Of a DNA stretch of 64,000 nt, positions 13,838 through 26,343 are shown piece by piece. The stretch is from the NCBI GenBank assembly GCA_009103225.1, contig RHPI01003330.1:524730-588729 (forward strand), in the 5' to 3' direction. The notes below the pieces were generated by a model. The model was not told the origin of the DNA. It saw only the letters and a list, made by a program, of their open reading frames with translations, and ran no database searches. This DNA is from Chlorokybus atmophyticus (taxonomy: Eukaryota; Plantae; Mesostigma and Chlorokybus algae). Numbering within the stretch: the first letter of the stretch is position 1; every line of letters starts with the position of its first letter. The position numbers and the translations under genes are program-made.

Positions 13838-15149
13838 ATGCCGAACCCACGGGTGTTCTTCGATATCACCGTTGGCGGTGCGCCTACAGGCCGTATTGTG
13901 ATGGAGGTGCGAGACTGGTGCTCCTCTTTTATACCATTATCGCAGTAGCGTGTTAGATTTGTCATCGTCACACCTCATGTACTATGCATGCTGCGTGTGA
14001 GAAGTTCTCGCTGCGGTGGCTGTTGCGTGACGTTTCGTTTCACTACATGCACCGTAGCTTTGGGTTGCTGTGGTTGGTTGTTTGACGACTTGCGTCGTGC
14101 ATGCGCATTGGCCCGTTCGCGCGTTTACTCTGTTAGGATCACATTGGCAGCTGTCTGGTTGCATGTCTGTCTGTGCATGCCCTCTATTACTTACTGTGAT
14201 ATATGTCCACAGCTGTTTGCTGATGTCACTCCTAAGACAGCTGAGAACTTCCGCTGCCTCTGCACTGGTAAGAGAAGCAGCGAGTATGCTCTGTAAGTTA
14301 TTTGTGCACTTGTTTCAGGTTGCAGTGTAAGCGAACAGACGGTTGCGATCCTGTGCTCTACCTCGTTCTGTGTTTGTCAACAATGGCAGTTAACGCCGAC
14401 TTGGCGTCATGGTCGGTGCAGGTGAGAAGGGTGTGGGCAAGAGCGGTAAGCCACTCCATTTCAAGGGCAGCGCTTTTCACCGTGTGATCCCGAACTTCAT
14501 GTGCCAGGTGCGCTTGGCATGCCTGTTGAACATGTAAAAATGTAGCGCATACTTCTCCTGTTTTGTCAATCAGTGCTAGTGCCAAGCAGCACTATCAATG
14601 CATGCTGGTAGCAGCAGGGTTTGTGCATAGCATGGCACAGTCCCAGGCGGTCTTCAAAACGGCTGTTTTGTGCTCCGTCTGTAGGGTGGTGATTTCACTG
14701 CGGGAAATGGAACTGGTGGCGAGTCTATTTATGGAACCAAATTTGCGGATGAGAACTTCATCAAGAAGCACACTGGTCCAGGCATTCTGTCCATGGCCAA
14801 CGCTGGGCCCAACACCAATGGTTCTCAAGTAAGTGCAGGCATAATGCTATCATCAGCAATGCTGAAGCTCTGTTGCACACTGCGGCTAACCTGCGTTTTG
14901 TACAGTTTTTCCTCTGCACGGTCAAGACTGAGTGGCTGGATGGCAAGCATGTTGTCTTCGGTCAGGTGGTTGATGGGATGGATGTTGTGAAGAAGGTCGA
15001 GTCGGTCGGCAGCTCATCAGTAAGTTGATGGTGATGACTTTACCAATTGATGTGCTGATTTGCTCAATGTCGTCTGATCTGATTTTGTGCCATGACAGGG
15101 CAAAACCAGCAAGCCTGTTGTCGTTGCGGATTGTGGTCAGCTGTCGTAA
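13838..15149 (+). CDS. CYP: Single-domain cytosolic cyclophilin (peptidyl-prolyl cis-trans isomerase), 172 aa
   Basis: Exons 13838-13906, 14213-14267, 14422-14507, 14685-14828, 14906-15019 and 15099-15149 splice in frame: [10 protein letters not shown]...[44 protein letters not shown]...[15 protein letters not shown]...[10 protein letters not shown]...DCGQLS*. Confidence 0.97.
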
Positions 15150-16608
15150 GCACTTCACTAATGAGATAGTCACTGCTGGCTATTGAAAGACATATTGCGC
15201 GCTGAAGTTAGATTCGTTGAGTGATACTTGCTACCTGTTGCTCTGTTTTTGGCTCGTAGCGTTCTTTAGCACACGTGCTTGTGTGTAGCATTGCGCATCA
15301 CCTGTTGGCATCACCTGGTTGCTCCGAGGAAACTTGCAGTTGTGGCCGTGCTGCGTTGCTGGTGAAGTGTGCATTGCGCTTTCACAACCGTTCAAACTGT
15401 TGGTTGCACAGCAACAGAGTATCTGTCGTGACAGCCACGTGATTAGTGGTCGTCTGCACCTGATGCATGCATTGTGCAGCTTGAGAGAAGCCCAGGTCAT
15501 TGTTGCTTAGGAGTGAGTATGATGGTCTTCTCTATATCTTTTGTTCTTGTACCCGGGTGATCCAACATGTGCCCAGCAATTGCAATGGATGAAGCACAGT
15601 CCAGGTCTCTTGGTATAGGCTGCTCTTGTCATGCAGTAATGTGCACACGTATACGCAGTAGTAGTTTCCCTCAACAATGGTCATCACAGACCATGTACAT
15701 GAAATGGTGCATGTGCAGTACAGCGGTCTCGCTTTCAGCACTGTTCTTGCAGTGACTTTGAAGGCACAACTGATAGGCATGTCCAACTAGTACTTACAGT
15801 GGTAGTTGTCGCATTATCTAGCACTCGCAGTGTTGTGACAGCTGTAACACTACTCGTTTAGCAGTGATATTGGGGCAAAGGTGCATGGTCGTTGTGTACA
15901 CTGCATGTGCCCCGCTTGGAAGCATTCAATTACATATGCCTACTACAAATCCCCTACTTCCGACACACCCCACAGTTGTTGTCGACGCGCTGATGGCACA
16001 GGCCTAAACTTCAGCATGCAACCATCCAGAAGTGTACATAAGCAAACCTAGCGCGTCTACCGACGTGATGCTCATTATAACCCATAGCCCGTGGGTGACG
16101 ACGCTCACACAGAGTCACCTCACATACTCGCCCATTCATCTTCCTCACCTCAGTCCGGACTGGGCGTGGACATGTGTGAACCGTAGTTTGATCTCAATGA
16201 CACCATCACACAGCCTTCGTTGCGCTAACTCTGTCGCACAGCACGCCTCCGCCTGTTTCGCATCATTGGGGCTGTGCTGTAGCCTTCACACTGCCGCCAA
16301 GAGCTGCATCCGATCCGTGGTTGGCGGGCCTGGGCCATAGGGGCCCAAAAAGACAGGGCCCGAACTGGTGTGTGCCGCTGGTAGCGTGTTGTCATGGTGC
16401 TGCTAGTTGCAATTGGTGCTCGCTGACGGCGTGAAGTAGATGTTGTAGATGGTTGTGGTGTTGAAGATAATGTCGCAACTACTGAGCTGTCATCATGATT
16501 GTCGCTTTCAGGAAATGGTGAGGTTCCAAGATACCTGTATAGACAAGTGCAGCTTCCCACTGTGCACCTCGTGTATGATGCACATGGAGAGAAAGGGGGG
16601 AGGGGGGN

Positions 16609-17021
<413 letters not shown>

Positions 17022-17359
17022 CAACACAAGGCTTGGTTTTTGTATGTTGCAAGTCGGGTCACAGGTACGCTGCATATTACAGGTGCGCAAACAGCCAGGC
17101 TGTTGCCACAAGGTCAATCACGCATTACCAGTGCATCAGTCAACCCTTGCGTGCTTGCAATTTACATATGACCCAGTAAGCCATAAGCATGCAACTACTG
17201 TACCATATGTCTTATTATAGCATATCATACCATGCAACTACTAGACTACTATACAATAAACTCCGCGTTCACATCGCAGCCAAACATCTGAAGCTGAAGT
17301 GGCTCGGAGGAGTGTGGCAACATGAAGCAGAACAACGAAGGTAGTGGTGAACATTCCTG

Positions 17360-19167
17360 TCAGGAGGCAAACACTCGAGCCAAGCCAGCAGCAGCTTGCC
17401 CGCAGATGGGACACGTCCCGTCGCAGAGGACAGTGTTCCCGCAGGATTCGCATGCCATGTAGTGCATGCAGGGCGTAAACGCGTGTGTCCGATGGTTGGA
17501 ATGGCAGATCGCGCAGAGCTCCCTCTGGCTACTGCTGCTGGCTGCAGCGGGTTGGTGCCCTGCATAGAGCAGTAACGTTAGCAGTGCTCCGTTTGTGTAT
17601 CAGCTCACCGCTGAGAGATAAAACAGAGGGCAGCTTCCTTCTTTACAGAAGGCGATCGCGCACACATATGTGCGCGAGCGCACACCTTGGTATGTGTGTG
17701 TCACCAAACAATGTGACTTAGCAGGAACATCTGGCAAACACCTGACCAGCGGCTCTCAGTGCTGACCGGCTGGTGATGAGTGCGTGGCCTCGACAGAAAG
17801 GGACACAAAGAACTGCGCCGCCTGCTCGAGCATGCGGATCACCGTCATTTCCGTGGTGTAGTCGTGAAAAACCGTGCTGTGAGGGCAGTCCCCCGCGCAA
17901 TATTCTCTCAGTGTAAGGTTGCCGCAGAAAATTGTGTCGACCTGTGTCACTTGTTTCAGCGCTGACTCAGCCTCCCTCCTCTGAGGCAGAGTCATGTTCA
18001 GGGGGCAATTGCCAAACAGTATCACCGGCAACGGCCCACCTGCAGCCAAGACAAGGTCATGATCAAATGCCTTGTCGTGAGTAAATGCACCAGTGATTGA
18101 CCACCAGATGCAAGCCGTAAATCCTGAATGCATAGATGCAACTGTCATAGATGTTTGTGTCATCAATCAAAAGACCTGCTTGGTACATAAGCGGTGGCGA
18201 TGAGACCTTACCGATGCGCTGCGGGTTGCGAAAATGAGACACTTGTGTGCAAAGCTCCTCGCCATAAACACCAGTGGGAAAGGACTGCATTGCGATACGC
18301 AACCCCTCCATGTCGACGACAATAATGATGACGTCCGCGCGGTTCTCCGGGCAGTCTTCAAGAGTGTAGTTCAGCCTGTCGACAGTTACCTCCCTGACCC
18401 CCTGAGCCCACCGCTGCAGATCGGCGAGGTCCACTGGGGTAACACGTTTGCCCGGGGTGTCAATAAGCCTGCACATATTGCCGCTGAATTGCTGATAGCA
18501 GAGGGGCGTGTTTGATACATAGCACCTGCACTCTACAAATGTGCGTGTAGTCTGCAATGCAAACGGACCTGAACCGGGTGCGTTCCGAAACATGACACTT
18601 GGGGTACAGCGTGCACTCCCTGGTTGCGTTGCGCGACCCGGTTTCTGCCACGTTCACAGTCTTCCTGCACGTTTACAGAGAGCAGTGGTCAGCAGCAGCG
18701 CCTGGCAGGCAGATGCACAGGCCTTGGCGGCAACGACTTCAAGTTGCCTAATAGCACAGGGACGAGAACCAAGCAGAAGCATGAGACTACACGATCCTTT
18801 TGTATGCTGTCACTTACATGACTAAAAGTGCCTGACACAAGTGAATGACCATGACCACGCAGCAGATCAGAGGAGACAGACAAGAGAAAAACCGATTACT
18901 GCAGTGCAGTGCGAATGCCAGCTCTAGCCCTACCAAGCACGTTGCTCTCTCTCACCCGTCAATGAGTCTAAAGATTATGTTGGTTGCCAAGGACTTGCCG
19001 CTGTGCTGGCGACCGACCAGCATGGTATTGAAGGGGCGCGCCTGTCTCTGAAGGTTTCTGCCATGACCGGACCTGAAGGCCTGGACAGCTCTGTCAACAT
19101 CTTCCGAGCTACTGCTGGAGCGGCGGCACTCGTGCTTCGAAGGCTCCTTGCCCCAAAACCACCCCAT
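17360..19167 (-). CDS. IFI44-like P-loop GTPase + C-terminal RING protein, copy 1 (intact, 345 aa)
   Basis: Exons 19167-18956, 18664-18569, 18468-18212, 18039-17767 and 17559-17360 (1038 nt) have GT-AG ends and no internal stop. G1 GRQHSGKS, G3 DTPG, PVILFGN; RING CAIC-x11-CMH-x3-CESC-x9-CPIC, ending RVFAS*. Confidence 0.85.
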
Positions 19168-19748
19168 GCTTGCTAGTCTCCTTCTGAGCAGCAAAAAGGC
19201 TTCGGCCAGAGAAGTCTTCTGGCCACTGATACACACAGTGCAATAGGCCTAGCACCTTCTCCCCAAGTCTCTTCTCCCATTCCGCTTTGCTCCGACTACA
19301 TCTCACGTGCTTCCCACACCTTGTAACTGCTGCCACATGCAGCATGTAAGGCTTAGGGGGCAAGGTGCCCCATCTTTCATGCATTTTCCAGACAAAGCCA
19401 GGGTCATACAGGGTAGCGGCTAGATGCGGTAGCAAAATAAAATCACTTGTTGGCCAAAAGCTGTCAAAACGTAACTGTCGGTCACCAGGGCAGGTGTGTG
19501 ACCCTGCCTGACACAGCCCTGTGCAGCAGGGCAGCTGCGTTAGGGTCTAGATAGCGAGGACTACTACCGTAGGCTACGGTCCGTCGCGCCAGGGAAGTAC
19601 TCACCGTTAGAGTGCTTCAATGAAGTCAACAACAATTCAACGAGCTGGTCAGCTGAGGCACTTCTATTCTATTGCGCGAGTGCCCACACGTGCAAGAATC
19701 GGTGTAGCCTCATGCTTCTGCTTTATGCCGCCCCCCTCCCCCCCCCCC

Positions 19749-19828
19749 NNNNNNNNNNNNNNNNNNNNNNNNNNNNNNNNNNNNNNNNNNNNNNNNNNNN
19801 NNNNNNNNNNNNNNNNNNNNNNNNNNNN
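19749..19828. other. Assembly gap (N run flanked by poly-C)
   Basis: Ns in sequence. Confidence 1.
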
Positions 19829-19939
19829 CCCCCCCCCCCCCCCCCCTCTCCCCGTGGTTGTTTTGAGATGGAAGTCTTTACCGCTGATACCTGTGCACCT
19901 GCCTAATGATGCTGCCCATCGCTCCCTGTTAACGTGCAA

Positions 19940-21070
19940 GAAGACATCAAACGTTGCAGAAACCGGAATGCGCTGTGGACCCACGGCGTGCACGCGTTAC
20001 CCCAAGTGTCATGTTTCAGAACACACCCAATTCAGGTCCGTTTGCATGCGGTGCGCGCACGCATGTACAGTGCAAACGTTATTTCAAAGACAACCGTCTA
20101 GTATGTCAGCAATCCGGCTATGTGCAGAGTTACCAACACCCCAGGCATAGATGGGCACGCAGCTGCCCTCGCCCACCTGCAGCGGTGGGCTCAGGGGGTC
20201 AGCACGTTCACCACGGATGGGATGAACTACAGCGTTGAAGACTGCCCGGAAAATCACGCAGACGTCATCGTTGTTGTCGTGGAGATGGAAGCGTTGCACA
20301 TACACAGCGCAGAGCACTCCTTTCCCACTGATAGTTATGGCGAGGATCTCCGCGCACAAGTCTCTCGTTTCCGCAACCCGCAGCACGTCGTTAAGCTCTC
20401 CACGTGACCGCTTATGTACCAAGCAGGTCTTTTTCTTGGTGACACAAACACTTGTGATAGTTGCAGCTAACACTCTGTGGTTAAAGGCTTGCATTTGTCG
20501 AAGACTGGTGCATTTACTTGAGCTTGTGTTGGCTGCAGGTGGGCCGCTGCCGGTGATACTGTTTGGCAATGTCAAATGGAGCATGACACTAGCTCAGAGG
20601 AGGGAGGCTGAGTCAGCTTTGAGGCAAGTGACTGCGGTCGACACCATGTTCTGCGGCAACCTCTTGCTGACAGAAGTTTGTGCGCGGGACTGCCCTCACA
20701 CTACGGTCTTCCATGACGACAACACACAAGTAACGGTCATCCGCATGCACGAGCAGGCAGCGCAGTTCTTCGAGTCCCTTTCTGTTGAGCCCACGCACGT
20801 AGCATCAGCCAGTCAACACTGAGAGCTACTGCTCAGGTGTTTACCTTCCGACACATTGTATTGTTGAGTGACATGCGCACGTGCGCGCGCAGATACACAC
20901 CTCTGTAGCCATCTTCAATCTCAGTGAACAGTGAGCACTGGTAAGCGTTGCTGCTCTACGCAGGGCACCAACCCGCGGAGACGAGCAGCAATATTGATCA
21001 GAGGGTATGCTATGCGTGATCTGCCATTACAAATGCCGGGCGCTTGTTCACGCCCTGCATGCACTGCATA
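19940..21070 (+). pseudogene. GTPase-RING copy 2 (pseudogene, lacks exon 1 with the P-loop)
   Basis: Homologous exons 2-5 are present, but the exon-2 acceptor reads CAA, DTPG is NTPG, the exon-3 donor reads TTAAG, and the RING exon is frameshifted and truncated. No exon 1 lies upstream although intron-1-like sequence precedes the gap. Confidence 0.8.
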
Positions 21071-21494
21071 GCATCTGCACCACTTGCTTTATTGCTTTAT
21101 GTTGCCACTCTCCTCCAAGCCACGACAAATAGCTGTTTGGCAGCAAGGTAAACGCGGAGTACATTGTACAGTAGTATCATGGTTGCATCATATAGTATAG
21201 TATGCTTTGATAAGATACATAGTATAGTAGTTCCATGCCTGTGGCTGATTGGGTCATGTCCAGTTGCACCTACATTCGCGCAAAGTGTTGACTGATGCAC
21301 TAGTGATGCGTGATTGAAGTATGCAGAAGTATGCAGATTGCATAAATATCCTATACCATGCGAACACTATACAACTGTACAATTATACAATATACTCCGT
21401 GTTCAGATCACTGCCAAACAGCTATAAATCTGGCTCGGAAGAGGCTGGCAACACGAAGCAGAACGACCAAGTTAGTGGTGAACACTCCTTCCTG

Positions 21495-23288
21495 TCAGGA
21501 GGCAAACACTCGAGCTAAGCCGGCAGCAGCTTGCCCGCAAATGGGGCACGTGCGCCGGTTGTCGTCGCCGATGACGATGTTGGCACAGGGTTCGCATGCC
21601 ATATAGTGCATGCAGGGGGTGAACGCGTGCGTCCTGCGATTGGTCTGGCAGATCGCGCATACCTCCCTCTGGGAATTGCTGCTGCTCGTCTCCACAGGTT
21701 CATCCCCTCCTGCAGGGAGCAGCACGGTTAGCAGTGTTGTGTTTGTATATCAGCTCACTGCACAAACACTGCAATCACAAAAAGGACAGAGGGCAGCTAA
21801 GGTGTGTGCGACGTACGGTACACACGTACGGTACACCAGAAAAACACGGGTTGGCAGACATATGTGGTAAACACCTGACCAGCAGCTCTTAGCGCTAACC
21901 GGCTGTTGGCGTGTGCGCGGGCTCGACAGAAAGGGACTCAAAGAACTGCGCCGCCTGCTCGAGCATGCGAATGACCGTCACTTGCATGTTGTAGTCGTCA
22001 AATCTTGTGTTGTGAGGGCAGTCCCTCGTGCAAGCTTCTGTCAGCGTGAGGTTGCCGCAGAACATGGTGTCGACCTCAGTCACTTGCCTCAACGCTGCCT
22101 GAGCATTCCTCCTCTGAGCCACAGACATGTTGGGGGGAAAATTGCCAAATAGTATCACCGGCAACGGCCCACCTGCAGCCAACACAAGCTTAAATCTATT
22201 CGCCTAAGTCCCTCGTGGTGATTGAGAGAACCAACTTAGGACTGATTATAGGGCCTTAGACCTCAAAACAGAGCTCACAAGTTTTATGTTTGTGTCACCA
22301 ACAAAAGACCTAACTATGCAAGCGGAAAGGTGGAGATCTAGAGCTTACCAACGCGCTGCGGATTGCGGAAGTGGGAGACTTGTGCGCGGAGATCCTGGAC
22401 ATATTCACGATTGGGAGAAGACGTGGTTGCGCTCAGCAACGTCTCCATTTCCACAACGACAATGATAATATCAGCACGGTTCTCCGGGCAGTCTTCAAGG
22501 CGGGAGCCATCTCCTATCACCACCCTGACTCCCTGAGCCCAATGCTGCAGGGTGGCGAGGTCAGCCGAGTTGCCATTTTTACCCGGGGTGTCAATAATCC
22601 TGCAAATAAAACTGAGTTGCTGATCATGACGTAATATAGGGGCATTTTTCAAAGACAAGCAACCTGCCCTGTACATGCGTGCGGACACGTTCAAACAAGT
22701 AGCGATGCATATGAACCCAAATCGGGTAGTTTCTGAAATATGACAGGTGGGTAACAGCGTGCACTCTTTGTCGTTGTGGCGCGCCCCGGTTTCTGCCACG
22801 TTTGCAGTCCTTCTGCATGTGTAGAGAGAGCAGCGGTCAGCAGCAGCAGGCACTGGCAGATGCACAGGCATTGGCAACAACACTTCAAGTTTGCTAAGAG
22901 CACAGGGATGGGAACAACTGGACGAGCATGAGATGACCATGGTTTCACAAGGACCATCGCGCTTGCTGACATTCACACATGACTTGCACTGCGCTAAACT
23001 GAGCTAACCAGAGAAGCCAGATAAGAACAGAAGCGGTCATCTGCAGTGCAATTGGCCAGCCCAAACCCTACCAAGCATTGCTAGCTCTCACCCGTCAGTG
23101 AGTTTGAAGATTGTGTTGGTTGCCAAGGACTTCCCGCTGTGCTGGCGCCCGACCAGCATGGTGTTAAATGCGCGTGCCTGTCTTCTCCGGTGACGGGACC
23201 TGAGGGCCTCCACAGCTTTGTCAACATCCCCCGAGCTGCTGCTGGAGCGGCGGCACTCGTGCACAGGCGAGCTTGGTTTCTGCCCCAT
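21495..23288 (-). CDS. IFI44-like P-loop GTPase + C-terminal RING protein, copy 3 (intact, 343 aa)
   Basis: Exons 23288-23092, 22812-22717, 22599-22349, 22172-21900 and 21709-21495 (1032 nt) have the same intron phases as copy 1. MGQKPSS start, GRQHSGKS, DTPG, and RING CAICQTNRRTHAFTPCMHYMACEPC...CPICGQAAAGLARVFAS*. Confidence 0.87.
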
Positions 23289-24705
23289 GCTAGCTAGCCC
23301 GCACCCCCTTCTCTTCAGATCGCAGACCCTTCTCCCCAACTCGCCAAGCCTTAGACCCTTCTTTCTAAGTCTCACAGGCTCTTCTCCCTCCCTTTCACCT
23401 TGCCGGCTGGGCTTTACAACAAGTGCTGGCCCACACAGCTCCTCAGTACAACTGCTTGTTGCTTGCAGGCATGCCCCTTTATACCCGCTTAACGTGGACA
23501 TCTGTTCTGGCCAGACAGATAGCTTGTAGAGTTCTCTGGATATCACTCTATGCCTGCCTGCATTGCCGGATACGAACATGGCCCTCAGCGATATCGGACC
23601 GTCGTGACAGGTAGAGACTCAAAGTCCTCATCAACGTCATCTGTGCTTAGTAATACCTTACGTCACCACCGCTGTCAGCTGTACGTGACCAGTTGTCGTA
23701 ACGGCACGCGATCAGATGCGTCGTTGGCACCTTCACCAATAAGCACCACCGAATGGCAAGTGAGAGATTCACAACTTGCTGATCCTTTCATAGACTTCTC
23801 ACCACATCGACAGCCAGCGCTGCAGTAGCACAACGCATTGTGCTCGACTTAACACTGTTACGTTCTATTCCACGCATGCAACATTGCTCCCATAACCACA
23901 AGCAATGGACAGTGATGTGCTGCATATCTTGCATGTCTTGTATTGAACGTATTGCATGCAGCTGATACATGCATTGCATGCAATATGATCGTATCATGTA
24001 GCTGCACGTAAGGCGACTTGCAAAGTATTCGGACGGTGGGGGTCCCATTTGTTTGCGAATGTGAGTTGATTATAGACTGTTCCAGAGTGCGCTGCAGTCC
24101 GGCCTGATTCTGCATGCCGAAACCAAATCTGTGATAGTCCTGCATTTCGGATCCCCCAGCAACAATAAGTGGCAACCCAGAACGACACCTGCCCTTTTCT
24201 GGTAGCCCAACCAGCGCTGAGTGATAAGAAGGGTAGCGTGGCTGGTTACATGATCACGGTGGTGATGTGACTGCTGTGGTGCACGTAGTGCTGAAACGAC
24301 GCAGCAACTTACTAAGCACCACAATGACGGTGGTGCGTACCTTCTTGCACCCTTTGGAAGGGTGTGGGGTTGCAAGAAAGTACGCTTCACGTCATACTAC
24401 TGCTGCGTTCCACGTCATGCTACTTTTTTTTGTTTTACGGTGAAACTGTTGCCTACTGATTCCAACCTGTCACCAATTGGATGAGACCCAAATGGCTGCA
24501 CCGCACAAGCAGCCGATTGTGGTAGTCCTATGCTCAACTATTGCTCTGAATGAATGGCTGCGCATGGTGGAAAGTCAGCCCATTCGGCAAGTGGTGGCAA
24601 TGCTTAGCGGATGCAACGCTTGAGAACGATGCTAACCTGCGCAGCAACTCGCGCTATTGGGGCCAGCCAGCCCATATCTTAGTGTCTCCCTGAATGTAGC
24701 TTTCC

Positions 24706-26343
24706 ATGGATGCCGTGACCACTGCAGACGTTCACTTGCCACAGCAGCCGATGATAATGAAAGGCCATCCCAACAACTTGTATTCGGGCTCTTCATTTCC
24801 GCCATTGCCGTCACCATCAAACCGACATAACAAAAACTTATGGCTCTGGGCGTGGCTTGGCTGCACTGCAACTGTAGCTGGCTGTCTCGCGCGGTGCTGC
24901 TGGTGAGTAAATCTTGCTGCTTTTGTTGGCCAAGCTGCTTGCTTGGCATTCCAGGGCTGTTATGCATTGGTCTGCACATAACACACGCACAACGAGTGAC
25001 TATGGCATGCCCGCGCATGTTGGCCCAGTTACAGATATGCGTACATACACTATGCAGATATGAACAGAGGCACACATGCCGCAGGTGGCCTTGTGCCTCT
25101 TTTCATGACTGTGTTAGCATGTCTGTGTCTGTGCATCTACAAGTGTGCCACGCATGTATGTGCAATGCATATACATCTGCCCAAGCACACTTGTGTGCTG
25201 AAATGCATGCGTGCCTGCACGCATGTACATGCACGCAGCTGCAGTGTGCTTAAGTTGCGAGGGCTGGGCGTGCATTTCACAAGCTGTGCATGCGCGTGCG
25301 TGAGTGCATGGATGCGTACACCGCACATGTACGAGTAGCAGACTTTCTGTCCCCCTCATATACAAGGACAAAAAACCGCCTCCACCTACCGTACGCATGC
25401 AGGCGCATCGTCGTGCGCCTCCTGCGTGCTGTGACCAGAAACCCTGCTTTTCTGTTCAACAGTGGGAGGAGTAAGCAGCGGAAACTTGAGGCACCGGACT
25501 CTCGGCTTCCCTCATCCGGGGTTACCGACATAACCAAAAAGATGCGCGACCCCACTTGGTCGCACATAGACCACGTGCTGGTGAGTTCATGCATGTTTTT
25601 CGCAGCGAGTGAAAAATGCACACGCACATATGTACCTTTTCTTGACACACTCACCCCCGTACGCGCGCAACTGACTGGACACCACCGGCAGATTTGCTGT
25701 GAAGACGCTGCGAGAGCTCAAGACCTAGGACGTGCCCTCGGGCTGGACTGGCAGCACTACGGCCCGGCTGCACCTGATTCAGACAGGTACTCAACATCGA
25801 TTTTTGTAAAAGTGATGCATGTGCCATGTGTTACGTGTCTACTCGGTGTGCTTATGGTGCGAAAGTGTTGGCAGTTTTGCTCTGGAGCCGGACTTGAAGC
25901 CATGGCTGGGGCCCAGGAGCGCTGCAGTGATGCTGCTGATAGCAGACAACCGTAGCAACTCCTGGTGTGATCAGCGCCAGTACCCTCAAAACAAGAAGCT
26001 CCTCGACTGCCTGGTCAAGACCACGCGGGATACTGGAGGTGCAGTCCCTTGATCAAGTGAATCTTTGCATAGAAACACCATGCGTTGACTGAAACATACA
26101 CTTGTCCTGTGTATGTATCTGTCCTTCTTGCAACTTGTCTCCCACCCAGCACCATTAGCGGCGGTGGTGTATCCGGTGCTACCGGGAGCGAGGGCGCACT
26201 GGCGGAGGTACGGGGCGATGCAAGTGCAGTCGAAGGACTGGCCGGAGGAGTTTAGAGGCAAGACCTTTGAGTTCATGCCATCAAACTTGGATGAGGAGGA
26301 GAGGAGTTACATCCGCATGCAACAAGCATTGGTTGCAACTTGA
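24706..26343 (+). CDS. Uncharacterised protein with GNAT-like C-terminal domain, copy A (intact, 255 aa)
   Basis: Exons 24706-24902, 25463-25580, 25692-25786, 25875-26038 and 26150-26343 (768 nt) splice in frame. Domain SAAVMLLIADNRSNSW..RQYPQNKKLLD..PLAAVVYPVLP.ARAHWRRYGAM is conserved in copies B and C with codon-type substitutions. The GNAT call is inference. Confidence 0.75.

Noticed and set aside
18665-18955. Apparent frameshift and stop in copy 1 (PVHLPARRCC*)
   Set aside because: The segment is intron 1; splicing GT...CAG gives an uninterrupted frame, as in copy 3.
24632-25075. Apparent third conserved gene on the minus strand (WDGLSLSSAAVASERLQWSRHP, mirrored at 35145-35375)
   Set aside because: It is the antisense reading of exon 1 of GNAT-like copies A and C, which start MDA(V/L)TTAD on the opposite strand with a phase-correct donor in A.
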